Shown here in pieces: positions 1 through 10,229 of a stretch of DNA of 38,048 nucleotides; within the stretch, counting starts at the first letter, position 1; every line of letters begins with the position of its first letter. A program made the translations under genes and the position numbers. The DNA is from Snowella sp. (GTDB taxonomy: Bacteria > Cyanobacteriota > Cyanobacteriia > Cyanobacteriales > Microcystaceae), in contig JAYKGY010000121.1 in the NCBI GenBank assembly GCA_035285545.1, forward strand, positions 1 to 38,048. The letters are read 5' to 3'. The notes beneath the pieces were generated by a model. The model ran no database searches. It was given only the letters and a program-made list of their open reading frames with translations, and had not been told where the DNA came from.

Positions 1-121
1 AATCGTTTCCGAGGCATCCTTATTCGATGGGCCAAATCTTCTCAATCCTACTTGGGCTTTATTCAGATTGCTGCTTGTTTGATCATCGGCCGCAAACTTC
101 TCACATTTTTCGGATAGGTTC
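1..121 (+). mobile_element. Right end of an IS5-family insertion sequence (transposase C-terminus 1..117 plus probable terminal inverted repeat), truncated by the window edge
   Basis: Frame 1 reads NRFRGILIRWAKSSQSYLGFIQIAACLIIGRKLLTFFG* (stop 115-117), matching the IS5 DDE C-terminal pattern 'RFRxlxiRWxKxxxxYxgf'. The stop lies within TTTTCGGATAGGTTC (107-121), followed by TAA, consistent with an IRR plus a TA/TWA target. Confidence 0.75.
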
Positions 122-176
122 TAAGCCGTTCTGCCCTGTCAACTTGAAGCAACACCCCCGATAAGCGGACAGACTC

Positions 177-194
177 CTCACAATTGTTAACAAA
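177..194 (+). promoter_or_regulatory. Possible HLR1-like (RpaB) direct repeat upstream of psaL
   Basis: CTCACAAT-TG-TTAACAAA is an imperfect match to (G/T)TTACA(T/A)(T/A)-N2 repeats. PSI gene promoters are known RpaB targets. Confidence 0.35.
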
Positions 195-317
195 CTTCAT
201 GAACTTTTTTAACACTGAAGCAGGAAATCACGGTTAGACTGTCCCTCCATGCGTAAAATGTATTCTTAAGTTTTGTCATAATTTCACTCTACTAATTCAG
301 AGGAGAACTCAATACCG

Positions 318-791
318 ATGGCTGAATACACTCAAGTCGTCAAAGCCTATAATGATGATCCCTTTACGGGTCATCTATCGACCCCGATTTCGGATTCTGG
401 CTTTACTAAAGCGTTTATTGGTAATCTTCCGGCTTACCGCAAAGGTCTTTCCCCCATCCTGCGTGGATTAGAAGTGGGAATGGCTCACGGCTATTTTCTC
501 GTTGGCCCCTGGACGCTGCTTGGCCCCTTACGGGATTCTGATCATGCCTATTTAGGCGGTTTAATTGGCGCATTAGCGTTAATTTTAGTTGCGACTGCGG
601 CACTCAGTAGCTATGGCTTAGTTTCCTTCCAAGGGAAAAAAGATGATAATGATTCCCTCCAATCGGCTGAAGGTTGGAGCCAATTCTCCGCAGGTTTCTT
701 TGTCGGTGCAAGCGGTGGTGCTTTTGTTGCCTACTTCCTGTTGGATCATTTAAATATTATTGATGGAATTTTCCGGGGTGGTTTTAACTAG
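318..791 (+). CDS. psaL: Photosystem I reaction centre subunit XI
   Basis: DPFTGHLSTPISDS, LPAYRKGLSPILRGLEVGMAHGYFLVGP and GWSQFSAGFF motifs; AGGAG RBS at 301-305. Confidence 0.98.
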   Translation: MAEYTQVVKAYNDDPFTGHLSTPISDSGFTKAFIGNLPAYRKGLSPILRGLEVGMAHGYFLVGPWTLLGPLRDSDHAYLGGLIGALALILVATAALSSYGLVSFQGKKDDNDSLQSAEGWSQFSAGFFVGASGGAFVAYFLLDHLNIIDGIFRGGFN

Positions 792-905
792 GGTTTGACT
801 TAAGTATTGATGCTTAGTTTTAACTCGGTTTTAACCGTTCTTAATTTTCTATCAAGCTAAAGAGCAGTTTTTTGTCATTTCTCATCTTTTTAGGAGACTT
901 TAACC

Positions 906-1022
906 ATGACTGGAGCTTACGCCGCTTCCTATTTACCCTGGATCTTAATTCCCATTGTTGGCTGGTTATTTCCTGCTGTTGCAATGGGATTATTATTCCT
1001 ACACATTGAAAGTGATGCTTAA
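906..1022 (+). CDS. psaI: Photosystem I reaction centre subunit VIII (38 aa, absent from the ORF track)
   Basis: Hand translation gives [46 protein letters not shown] at 892-896; canonical psaL-psaI order. Confidence 0.96.
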   Translation: MTGAYAASYLPWILIPIVGWLFPAVAMGLLFLHIESDA

Positions 1023-1181
1023 TTAAAGTTTTTTTAGCAACATTAACTGTCATTTGCTTTAAATACTCTGTCTTCGGGCAGGGTATTTTATTTGGCATTT
1101 ATCTTTTCATATTGGGTGAAATCTGCTTGTTGAGTGGATTAGGATACGATGAATTGAAGTATCGTTGCTTAAGGAATCACT

Positions 1182-1622
1182 ATGAATACCTCACTGTATG
1201 AGCAGGACATCTTATTGTGGGTGGAGGATACGGTAAATAAACTCAAAAATCATGATTTTGAAAATCTAGATCTTGATAATTTAATTGAGGAGGTGGAATC
1301 CTTGGGGATTTCTCAGAAAAAAGAATTAATCTCCCGTCTAATGGTTTTATTAGAACATTTATTAAAACGTCTTTATGTTGATCTGCCCCATGATTACAAC
1401 GGTTGGGAACGAACGATTCGTAATCAACGCTCAGAAATTGATCTATTAATTAGCCAAGTCCCTAGCCTTAAGTCTCGATGGGATATGAGTTTTAATGATG
1501 CATGGAAAAGAGCGTTAGTTAAAGTAAAAAAAGAATATCGTCAGGTTACTTTTCCCGATCGCTGGCCCTATTCTCAAAGTATTGAAGCCATTTTAAATGA
1601 AGATTTTTGGGAAGAGAATTAG
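1182..1622 (+). CDS. DUF29 family protein
   Basis: LYEQDILLW...LDLDNLIEEVESLG...LLEHLLK...W..TIRNQR...PSLK...FP..WPYS...L..DF signature. Confidence 0.92.
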   Translation: MNTSLYEQDILLWVEDTVNKLKNHDFENLDLDNLIEEVESLGISQKKELISRLMVLLEHLLKRLYVDLPHDYNGWERTIRNQRSEIDLLISQVPSLKSRWDMSFNDAWKRALVKVKKEYRQVTFPDRWPYSQSIEAILNEDFWEEN

Positions 1623-1645
1623 GCTTTTAAGCGCGATCGCGTGAA

Positions 1646-1654
1646 TGTTAGAAT
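1646..1654 (+). promoter_or_regulatory. Extended -10 promoter (TGtTAGAAT) placing +1 at or near the Rpn ATG (possible leaderless mRNA)
   Basis: TG-n-TAGAAT at 1646-1654 with 6 nt to the ATG at 1661; no SD in front of this ATG. Confidence 0.45.
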
Positions 1655-1660
1655 TTAGCA

Positions 1661-2455
1661 ATGTTTGATAATGTTTGCAAATTTCTTGCTGAAAATTTTT
1701 CTGAAGATTATGCTACTTGGTTACTTGGTCGTCCGGTTACGTTGACGAAACTGAGTCCAACAGAATTATCCTTAGAACCCATTCGCGCCGATTCTCTTAT
1801 TCTCGAACAATCTGAAAACTTAGTCTTACATTTGGAATTTCAAACCGAACCGGATGAAAGCATGGGCTTTCGGATGTTAGATTACCGAGTTAGGGTTTAT
1901 CGCCGTTTTCCGCTTAAAACCATGTACCAGGTCGTGATTTACCTGAAACCGACTAAATCGGAATTGGTGTATCAAGATAGTTTTCAACTGGGAGAAACAA
2001 CTCATCGTTATCGAGTGATTCGTTTATGGGAACAATCTTCCGATTTATTCCTAAAAAGCTTAGGATTATTGCCTCTAGCGGTATTAACCCAAAGTTCGGA
2101 TCCCGAATTAAAATTGAGGCAAGTTGCAGAAGTTCTAGATACTATTACCGGTAATCAAGTTAAAGCCAATTTAATGACAGCAAGTTCGGTATTTGGGGGA
2201 CTTGTTCTAAAATCTGAGCTTATTAAAACAATTTTACGGAGTGAAATCATGAAAGAATCAGCCGTTTATCAAGAAATTCTTAAAGAAGGAGAACAGCGAG
2301 GTCTGCTTAAGGGCAAACTTGAGGGCAAACTTGAGGGTAAACTTGAAACCATTCCCCTACTGAAAAAATTGGGTTTATCGATCGCGGAAATTGCTGAGGA
2401 ATTAGAGATTGATATTGCTTTAGTTAATCAGTTTGTGGCTAATCAGAACCAATAA
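1661..2455 (+). CDS. Rpn family recombination-promoting nuclease / putative transposase (PD-(D/E)XK)
   Basis: FDNVCKFLAE, PIRADSLIL, LHLEFQT, RMLDYRVR and MKESAVYQEI motifs, with a GKLE-repeat tail. Confidence 0.9.
   Translation: MFDNVCKFLAENFSEDYATWLLGRPVTLTKLSPTELSLEPIRADSLILEQSENLVLHLEFQTEPDESMGFRMLDYRVRVYRRFPLKTMYQVVIYLKPTKSELVYQDSFQLGETTHRYRVIRLWEQSSDLFLKSLGLLPLAVLTQSSDPELKLRQVAEVLDTITGNQVKANLMTASSVFGGLVLKSELIKTILRSEIMKESAVYQEILKEGEQRGLLKGKLEGKLEGKLETIPLLKKLGLSIAEIAEELEIDIALVNQFVANQNQ
2310..2346 (+). repeat. 12-bp coding tandem repeat encoding (GKLE)x3 in the Rpn tail
   Basis: agggcaaacttg-agggcaaacttg-agggtaaacttg-a. Confidence 0.85.
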
Positions 2456-2524
2456 ACTCAGACGCGATCGCGAGTTCGCCTAACTCTTCCACAACGCGGA
2501 AAAATTTTAGAGTCTAAAGAAAAA

Positions 2525-2533
2525 TGCTACAAT
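2525..2533 (+). promoter_or_regulatory. Extended -10 promoter for the riboswitch-thiC transcript
   Basis: TGcTACAAT lies about 8 nt upstream of the TPP aptamer start. Confidence 0.55.
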
Positions 2534-2541
2534 TCCTCCAT

Positions 2542-2620
2542 AAGCTAGGGGTGTCTAGGAGTCTAGGCTGAGAAAAACCCTTAGAACCTGAGACTGGGTA
2601 ATACCAGCGTAGGGAAGCTG
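2542..2620 (+). ncRNA. TPP (THI-box) riboswitch
   Basis: GGGGTG..CTAG/CTAG stem..GCTGAGA..ACCC..GAACCTGA..CTGG-GTAATA-CCAGCGTAGGGAAG, immediately upstream of thiC. Confidence 0.96.
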
Positions 2621-2628
2621 TTTATTGA

Positions 2629-4023
<1,395 letters not shown>

Positions 4024-4049
4024 ACTAAGAAAGCAATAATAAAAATGAG

Positions 4050-4072
4050 GGTGGGTGAAACTCCCACCTTTT
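4050..4072 (+). terminator. Probable intrinsic terminator of thiC
   Basis: GGTGGG-tgaaact-CCCACC stem-loop followed by TTTT. Confidence 0.6.
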
Positions 4073-4585
4073 CAAGGGATAAAAATCAGAGTATTGAATA
4101 GGAAGTATTGAAGTATTGCATAATAGAAAAATGAACAGAGAAAGTCCCTATACGATAACTTAACGGGAAATCTCGTTATTTTTATCTAAAAAGCATCCAT
4201 ACACAAAGTAAACAAAATCCTATTGATCTCACCTATCGCTATTATTGAAAACGATGAAAAGCAGAAACGCTGTGATGACAAAAAGCAAGGATGCTTAACT
4301 AATGATGCGAAGGTTAGATAAAAGGCATGAGATTTAGCAGAATAGAACGCTTAAAAGAAGTTAGACAGAGGGATATCATTAGTCTGCTCGATTTTATGGC
4401 AAAATACATTACTGTTTTGGCGTATTCTAAGTCGGTAGAATTATCCGGTTATTCTATGCCGTTAATTGTTTATTAATGAATCATCTTAAGTTTCAAAAAG
4501 TATTTATTCGCCACGCATTCATAGCTTGATTCAGCAATATTGGATTATTATCGCCAAAATGAACACTTTCGTTCATAATGGTGAC

Positions 4586-4608
4586 CACTTATTGATCACT
4601 TATTGATC
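4586..4608 (+). repeat. 11-bp perfect tandem direct repeat upstream of the CapD-like gene
   Basis: CACTTATTGAT-CACTTATTGAT-C, ending about 35 nt before the ATG at 4644. Confidence 0.7.
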
Positions 4609-4643
4609 TAGACAACTATCAAAGGAATGAATTCGAGGGATTC

Positions 4644-6575
4644 ATGAAAACGCTTCTCGCTAAAATCCTATACAACATTTATCGTTCTTTGGCACGTTCT
4701 TACAAGCGGAAATTATTGTTGTTTGTTGATGCTTGTATTTGTGTTTTAGCTATTGTTGGGGCATTTTTTTTGCGAGATTCCATTTCGCTTCTGAGTCTCA
4801 ATATTGATCAGTATTTTTGGCCAATTTTATTTCTAATTAGTGTCAAATTAATTATTTTTAAGTTGAAGGGAATGTATAATCCGATTCTGCGCTATACAGG
4901 AATCGAGTTTCTTTCGACGGCCACTCAATCAATTCTTTTAAGTTCCACAATTCTGATTGTTTTTGGGTTTATTCAAGGCTCTTGGCCTTTACCGCGAACC
5001 ATTGTTGGGATTGACGCGCTCTTAACCTTGGTTTTAATTGTGACGGTCAGAATTTTGATTCGCTATCTTTTCCGTATCTTGGATCAATGGGTGGGAGAAT
5101 CCAAGTCTCGGCAGCGGGTGGTGATTTATGGTGCGGGAGCGTCGGGTTCCCAATTAGCGCGGGCTTTTTTGGATGAACCGTCCTATGAGGTCATTTGTTT
5201 TGTTGACGATAATACGGAGCTACATCGGCAGGTCATTCAGGGCTTTAAGGTTTATTCTCCTACGCAATTAACGAGTTTATACAGTAAGCGACCGTTTGAT
5301 ATCGTGATTTTAGCGATGTATGAACTGAGTAAGACACGGAAACGAGAAATTGTTCAGAGTTTAGAATCTTTGCCCATTACGGTCAAAGCAGTGCCACCGA
5401 TGGCGAAATTGGTTTCAGGAGAGGTTTCGATTGGTAAGTTACGAAATATTGATGTGACCGAGTTATTAGGGCGAGAAGAGGTGATGCCCTATCCCGAATT
5501 ACTTTACATTAACGTCGCAGGAAAATCTGTTTTAGTGACCGGAGCGGGGGGGTCTATCGGCTCTGAATTATGTCGTCAAATTGCTCAATTAAACCCGACA
5601 TGCTTAATTATGTACGAAATGAGTGAATTTGCACTCTACAGCATTGATATTGAGCTAGCGGAGCGTTTTCCCCATATTCAACGGGCAGCTTATTTGGGCA
5701 ATGTTACTGAGCAATTACCATTCCAAAATGTTTTGAGAAAGCATCAGGTTAATACGATTTATCACGCAGCAGCCTATAAACATGTGCCGATTGTGGAAGA
5801 TAATCCTGCTTTAGGAATTTACAATAACGTTCAAGGTACTTTAAGTGTGGCCCAAGCGGCGATCGCCTGTGATGTATCCAATGTGGTTTTAATTTCCACC
5901 GATAAAGCCGTCCGACCGACCAATGTGATGGGAGCCAGTAAACGGGTTGCCGAACTAGTGGTTCAATCCTTAGCGGATTTAGGCAATCATTCGACCTGTT
6001 TTACCTGCGTCCGCTTTGGTAATGTGTTAGACAGTAGTGGTTCAGTTGTTCCCCGTTTCCGTAGACAAATTGCCTCTGGTCAACCGATCACCGTAACCCA
6101 TGCAGATGTCACTCGCTACTTTATGTCTATTCCAGAAGCGGTACGTTTAGTGATGCAGGCAGGCGCAATGTCGAAAGGGGGGGAAGTGTTCCTACTGGAT
6201 ATGGGAGACCCCATTCGGATCTATGATCTAGCCGTACAAATGATCCGTTTAAGTGGTTTAGAACCTGGCCGAGACATTGAAATTAAGATAACAGGGCTAC
6301 GACCCGGTGAGAAATTATATGAAGAACTGTTAATTGACCAAACTAAGGCTGAATCCACTCGGCATCCCCGAATTTTTTCCGCTAAGGAACATAAATTAAG
6401 CTGGGATATTTTAGAAGGAAAACTGGAAAGATTATTGTTACAATCGCAAACTTACGATTATGAAGCGTTAATTACAACGTTAAAAGATTTGGTACAGGAA
6501 TATAAACCGGCTAATCAAATTGTTACGAAATCAAATAATACGTTAAACAACGATAAAACCAGTATAGAGTTATAA
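4644..6575 (+). CDS. Membrane-bound nucleotide-sugar 4,6-dehydratase/epimerase (CapD/PglF/WbpM family)
   Basis: N-terminal TM helices, IYGAGASG, VTGAGGSIGSELCRQI, HAAAYKHVP, STDKAVRPTNVMGASKR, VRFGNV and GLRPGEKLYEEL. Confidence 0.95.
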   Translation: MKTLLAKILYNIYRSLARSYKRKLLLFVDACICVLAIVGAFFLRDSISLLSLNIDQYFWPILFLISVKLIIFKLKGMYNPILRYTGIEFLSTATQSILLSSTILIVFGFIQGSWPLPRTIVGIDALLTLVLIVTVRILIRYLFRILDQWVGESKSRQRVVIYGAGASGSQLARAFLDEPSYEVICFVDDNTELHRQVIQGFKVYSPTQLTSLYSKRPFDIVILAMYELSKTRKREIVQSLESLPITVKAVPPMAKLVSGEVSIGKLRNIDVTELLGREEVMPYPELLYINVAGKSVLVTGAGGSIGSELCRQIAQLNPTCLIMYEMSEFALYSIDIELAERFPHIQRAAYLGNVTEQLPFQNVLRKHQVNTIYHAAAYKHVPIVEDNPALGIYNNVQGTLSVAQAAIACDVSNVVLISTDKAVRPTNVMGASKRVAELVVQSLADLGNHSTCFTCVRFGNVLDSSGSVVPRFRRQIASGQPITVTHADVTRYFMSIPEAVRLVMQAGAMSKGGEVFLLDMGDPIRIYDLAVQMIRLSGLEPGRDIEIKITGLRPGEKLYEELLIDQTKAESTRHPRIFSAKEHKLSWDILEGKLERLLLQSQTYDYEALITTLKDLVQEYKPANQIVTKSNNTLNNDKTSIEL

Positions 6576-6664
6576 CCTTTTTCAATAAATGAAATCCGGA
6601 CATGCTTTTATCGCAAGTTTTTAGGGCTGTTGTGCTGACAGGCTTATCGGGAATAACGATACCG

Positions 6665-7855
6665 TTATAAACTAATCCGTCTACCCCGATAAAGGATTTC
6701 TTCTTCGGCTCGGGACATCAGCCCTTCAATATCTTCTTGCGCTTCTAGGTCATTCCACAAAGGAGCAAAAGGCACAAATATGTCATTATTTTGACAAATA
6801 GCTTCAATTTTTCTGATAATTCGTTTAATTTCCACTTCTAACAATCCTGTTAGGATTTGGCTTGCCTGAATAAAGATAAAGTTATTACTGAGGCAAGGAG
6901 TCAGCATTAAATGGCCCTCTGAGCTATGAATCGCGATCGCGTCCATACCATTCCATTTCATTTCAGATTGAAGATTATGGGCTAAAGACAACATTTTTGC
7001 CGCTAATATTAAAGCCTGCTCTTCGGCTATACCAATGGCTTGAGTTAATGGTCGTCCTTCCTCTGAAACTAAAATAGCCCCTTGAATTCCCAATCCTTCC
7101 TGGATAACGTCCTGAAAAACTTGCTCAATTTGCTCAATATCTAGGTTTTTTGAAGAACTTAAAGAAGAATCAGGGGACTGAAAAAACAATGAGGTCTGGG
7201 GACGAAAAGATGTATCCGTAATTTCTGAATAGGGAACATCCGTAATTGCTTTAATTTTGGGAATTTCGTTAGGCTCAGCCTCTTCTGTAACATCAGTAGC
7301 CGGATCTGTTGTAAGCGTGATCGCGTTAGCAGACAGTTCTTGATCAGAAGATGCTAATAATCTAATGCGTTTACCTGTTTTTAAAGTCTGGCTTGCTTTC
7401 TGTTTAATCTCACTAGTAATGTAAAAACTGGGTTTAGGCGATTCATAGGTATCGATATCCGGCAAAAAAAACTGTTCTAATTGATGTCCCAATAGCTGCG
7501 ATCGCTCAATAAAATCAATCGGCCCAGACTCCAGATATTGAAAAAGCTGTTGTAAGAGGCTCTCGGTTAATTTTCCTAAAAAGAAGTAACTTAAAAAATA
7601 GGGCACATGGGAACGCCCTAACTCATCCTTGCCATCATTGTATAGCCATCCAAAAAGTGTATATTTAGAAGAAACTTGATGAATATACACAGCCTGATAA
7701 TCACTACTCGGAGGATTATAGGCATCCCAAGACTCATAAACAATTTCTTTAACAAATGCTTCTTTAACTTCTATCGGGATTTGTTGGCTCACTAATAATT
7801 GAAACCCAGTTTTCGGTAGATTGGTATAAACTAATTGGCTAACCAGTAGGGACAT
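6665..7855 (-). CDS. Roadblock/LC7 (MglB-like) domain protein with a GAP1-N2-like N-terminal domain
   Basis: The C-terminal GIQGAILVSEEGRPL...ALILAAKMLSLA...AIAIHSSEGHLML...LTGLLEVEIKR is Roadblock-like. The N-terminal QLVYT..GFQ..S and D..GR...PYF motifs resemble GAP1-N2. Confidence 0.65.
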   Translation of the reverse strand: MSLLVSQLVYTNLPKTGFQLLVSQQIPIEVKEAFVKEIVYESWDAYNPPSSDYQAVYIHQVSSKYTLFGWLYNDGKDELGRSHVPYFLSYFFLGKLTESLLQQLFQYLESGPIDFIERSQLLGHQLEQFFLPDIDTYESPKPSFYITSEIKQKASQTLKTGKRIRLLASSDQELSANAITLTTDPATDVTEEAEPNEIPKIKAITDVPYSEITDTSFRPQTSLFFQSPDSSLSSSKNLDIEQIEQVFQDVIQEGLGIQGAILVSEEGRPLTQAIGIAEEQALILAAKMLSLAHNLQSEMKWNGMDAIAIHSSEGHLMLTPCLSNNFIFIQASQILTGLLEVEIKRIIRKIEAICQNNDIFVPFAPLWNDLEAQEDIEGLMSRAEEEILYRGRRISL

Positions 7856-8031
7856 ATCTTCAATAATTAGAGAGGGATAATGAGTACAAAAAAATTAAAT
7901 ACTTTGGGATAGCTTAGCTGAATATCATTACTTTAGCTTAATCACTATCGTTTAACAGCACTAATAGTTTAGAAAATATTGTACATCTCAGCGCAAAAAC
8001 AATAAATCAACCCGTCCAAGATAATTGCCGT

Positions 8032-8076
8032 AAAAAAAGGGGTTAAGACGTAACTCATTCAATTGGTCTTAACCCC
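8032..8076 (-). terminator. Intrinsic terminator downstream of amt
   Basis: Perfect 11-bp stem GGGGTTAAGAC (8039-8049)/GTCTTAACCCC (8066-8076), followed on the minus strand by T7. Confidence 0.75.
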
Positions 8077-8146
8077 CTCATCTCCAAATCATCGTATTTT
8101 ATTGTTTAACGATAAATAAGCAATCTATAGAAAGCAGCAGTATCCA

Positions 8147-9691
8147 TTAAATCGAGGAGGCCTGTTTGTCGAACTCATCAGTTGAACCGCTGCTCAGGGA
8201 ATCAGCTTCTTTGACAAAACCCGTATAGGCTTCCATGCCATGTTCACCAATATCAAGACCCATAAGCTCTTCGTCCCTCTTGACTCGAATTCCCAGGGTT
8301 TGTTTCAAAATGAACCAAGCTGCAACACTAAACGCAACGGTAAAAGCCCCAATCGCAACGATTCCAATAATCTGGTTGATTAATTGGCCAATACCACCGC
8401 CATAAAAAAGTCCTTTTTCTTGGTTAAATAAGCCCACTGCGAGGGTTCCCCAAGCCCCATTAACCAAGTGAACAGAAATTGCACCCACCGGATCATCAAT
8501 TTTGAGCTTATCGAAGAATGGGACAGCATAGACAACCAAAATACCGCCAATACCACCAATAATAATGGCTCCGAAATAGGAAACCCCTTCACAACCAGCA
8601 GTAACAGCAACTAGGCCTGCTAGGACACCATTGATAACCATCGTTAAGTCAGGCTTACTATCTCTAAACCAAGAGGTAAAAGTTGCCGTAATAGCTCCTG
8701 CCGCCGCCGCTAGGTTAGTGGTTACGGCAATATAAGCACAGGCTTGATCCGCTGCTAATTGAGAACCCGGATTAAAACCAAACCAACCAATCCACAGAAT
8801 TAAACAACCCAACGTTGCAATACTCATGTTATGGCCGGGAATGGCACTACTACGGCCACTCACATATTTACCAATACGAGGCCCTAAAATAACAGCACCG
8901 ACTAAAGCAGCCCAACCCCCAACAGAGTGAACGACGGTAGATCCTGCAAAATCTTTGAAGCCTAAGTTTGCTAACCAACCGGAGCTAGTCCAGACCCAAT
9001 GCCCTGTAATCGGATAGGAAATCCCAACCAGCAAAAGGCTGAAAATAATAAAGTCAACAAATTTGATTCGTTCAGCAACTGCTCCAGAAACAATGGTGGC
9101 AGCGGTTCCGGCAAAGGCGACTTGGAACAGGAAGAAAACGGAAACCGGCAAGCCTTCAGGGAAAGGGCTTAATCCATAGGTTTCTGATTCGCCTGTTAAA
9201 AACCATCCCCCTAGACCAATAAATGGATTTTCGGAGTTGCCAAACATTAAGGAAAAACCGATTGCCCAAAAGACAATGGTTGCTAAGGCGAAAACGATTA
9301 AGTTTTTAGTGAGGACATTAACTGTATTCTTTTGACGACACAGGCCTGCTTCTAGCATGGCAAAGCCTGCATTCATGAAAATAACGAGGATCGCTGCGAT
9401 TAAAATCCAAATCGCATTTAAAGTGCCCTTTAAAGTAGCCATATCGCCGCTTACGCTTTCTAAGGTAAGTTTGGCCGCTTCGGTTCCTTGGGCAGAAACA
9501 GCGGTGTGCCAAACAACCACAATGAGAGCAGATAAAGGAACAGACGCTAACCAGTAAGGGGAAAAGAATCGGCTAATCGGAGTCCACCAACTCTCAAAGC
9601 TATCGGATAGATTGTCCGATTTTCCTAGATATTTCCTATCTGGGCTGGCTGAATAGTTTGATTGAGCCTTAGTTAGAATTTGCTTAGACAT
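8147..9691 (-). CDS. amt: Ammonium transporter
   Basis: [45 protein letters not shown] and [11 protein letters not shown] (twin-His pore), plus GLDIGEHG. Confidence 0.97.
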   Translation of the reverse strand: MSKQILTKAQSNYSASPDRKYLGKSDNLSDSFESWWTPISRFFSPYWLASVPLSALIVVVWHTAVSAQGTEAAKLTLESVSGDMATLKGTLNAIWILIAAILVIFMNAGFAMLEAGLCRQKNTVNVLTKNLIVFALATIVFWAIGFSLMFGNSENPFIGLGGWFLTGESETYGLSPFPEGLPVSVFFLFQVAFAGTAATIVSGAVAERIKFVDFIIFSLLLVGISYPITGHWVWTSSGWLANLGFKDFAGSTVVHSVGGWAALVGAVILGPRIGKYVSGRSSAIPGHNMSIATLGCLILWIGWFGFNPGSQLAADQACAYIAVTTNLAAAAGAITATFTSWFRDSKPDLTMVINGVLAGLVAVTAGCEGVSYFGAIIIGGIGGILVVYAVPFFDKLKIDDPVGAISVHLVNGAWGTLAVGLFNQEKGLFYGGGIGQLINQIIGIVAIGAFTVAFSVAAWFILKQTLGIRVKRDEELMGLDIGEHGMEAYTGFVKEADSLSSGSTDEFDKQASSI

Positions 9692-9803
9692 CTTTAGTTT
9701 TTTTAAGGTATTGCCTACTAACGTCTTGCCATTTGAGCATCTGAGCGAGGATAAAATATAAGCTTAACAAGCCTTCTTATCTCCACGTTGATGATTAATA
9801 GCG

Positions 9804-9817
9804 GTTTAGTTAATTAC
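9804..9817 (-). promoter_or_regulatory. Possible NtcA box upstream of amt
   Basis: Minus strand GTA-attaacta-AAC, a one-mismatch GTA-N8-TAC. A GTA-N9-TAC also lies at 9833-9847. No clean TAN3T at the canonical spacing. Confidence 0.35.
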
Positions 9818-10015
9818 AGATTATTCACGAATGTATGTTACGAATACCTTCGTGGCAACTAACTTATCGAATTTTGGTACGTACTATTGTTATCTAGGTA
9901 ACTTAATTGAGTTCCTTAATATACTAAGTGCTTATCGCTTCTCTTTCCGTATCAAGCTAGGCAAAATTGAGTAAAATCCCTGATGCTGCCCAGCGATCGC
10001 CCATACCTATCCCTC

Positions 10016-10159
10016 TTATATCGCCTACGCCAAGTCAAAAGCCAAACCGAACTAGACTGATTACGAAAAGCCGCCGCCATTTCTGCCGAAGCCCACAAAC
10101 GAGCCAGAGAATTTACCCAAATCGGACATTGGGAATATTAAATCGAAGCCGAAGCGGAA
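10016..10159 (+). pseudogene. Decayed internal fragment of Xaa-Pro aminopeptidase (PepP, M24B)
   Basis: Reads LYRLRQVKSQTELD*LRKAAAISAEAHKRAREFTQIGHWEY*IEAEAE, matching the PepP 'lRxxKsxxElxxlRxAxxisxxaH...g..EyqiqAe' segment. In-frame stops at 10058-10060 and 10139-10141. Confidence 0.75.
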
Positions 10160-10229
10160 TGTGGGTTTTAACCTAACCGTCAGATTTTTCTTGGTTGCGA
10201 ACCGCGTAGTCTTAACGGTTAGAATCCTT

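Noticed and set aside
841..1098. 85-aa minus-strand ORF
   Set aside because: It is antisense to the real psaI gene (906-1022) and has no recognisable motifs.
9967..10176. 69-aa plus-strand ORF
   Set aside because: The homology signal (pepP fragment) is in a different frame, and this product looks non-coding.
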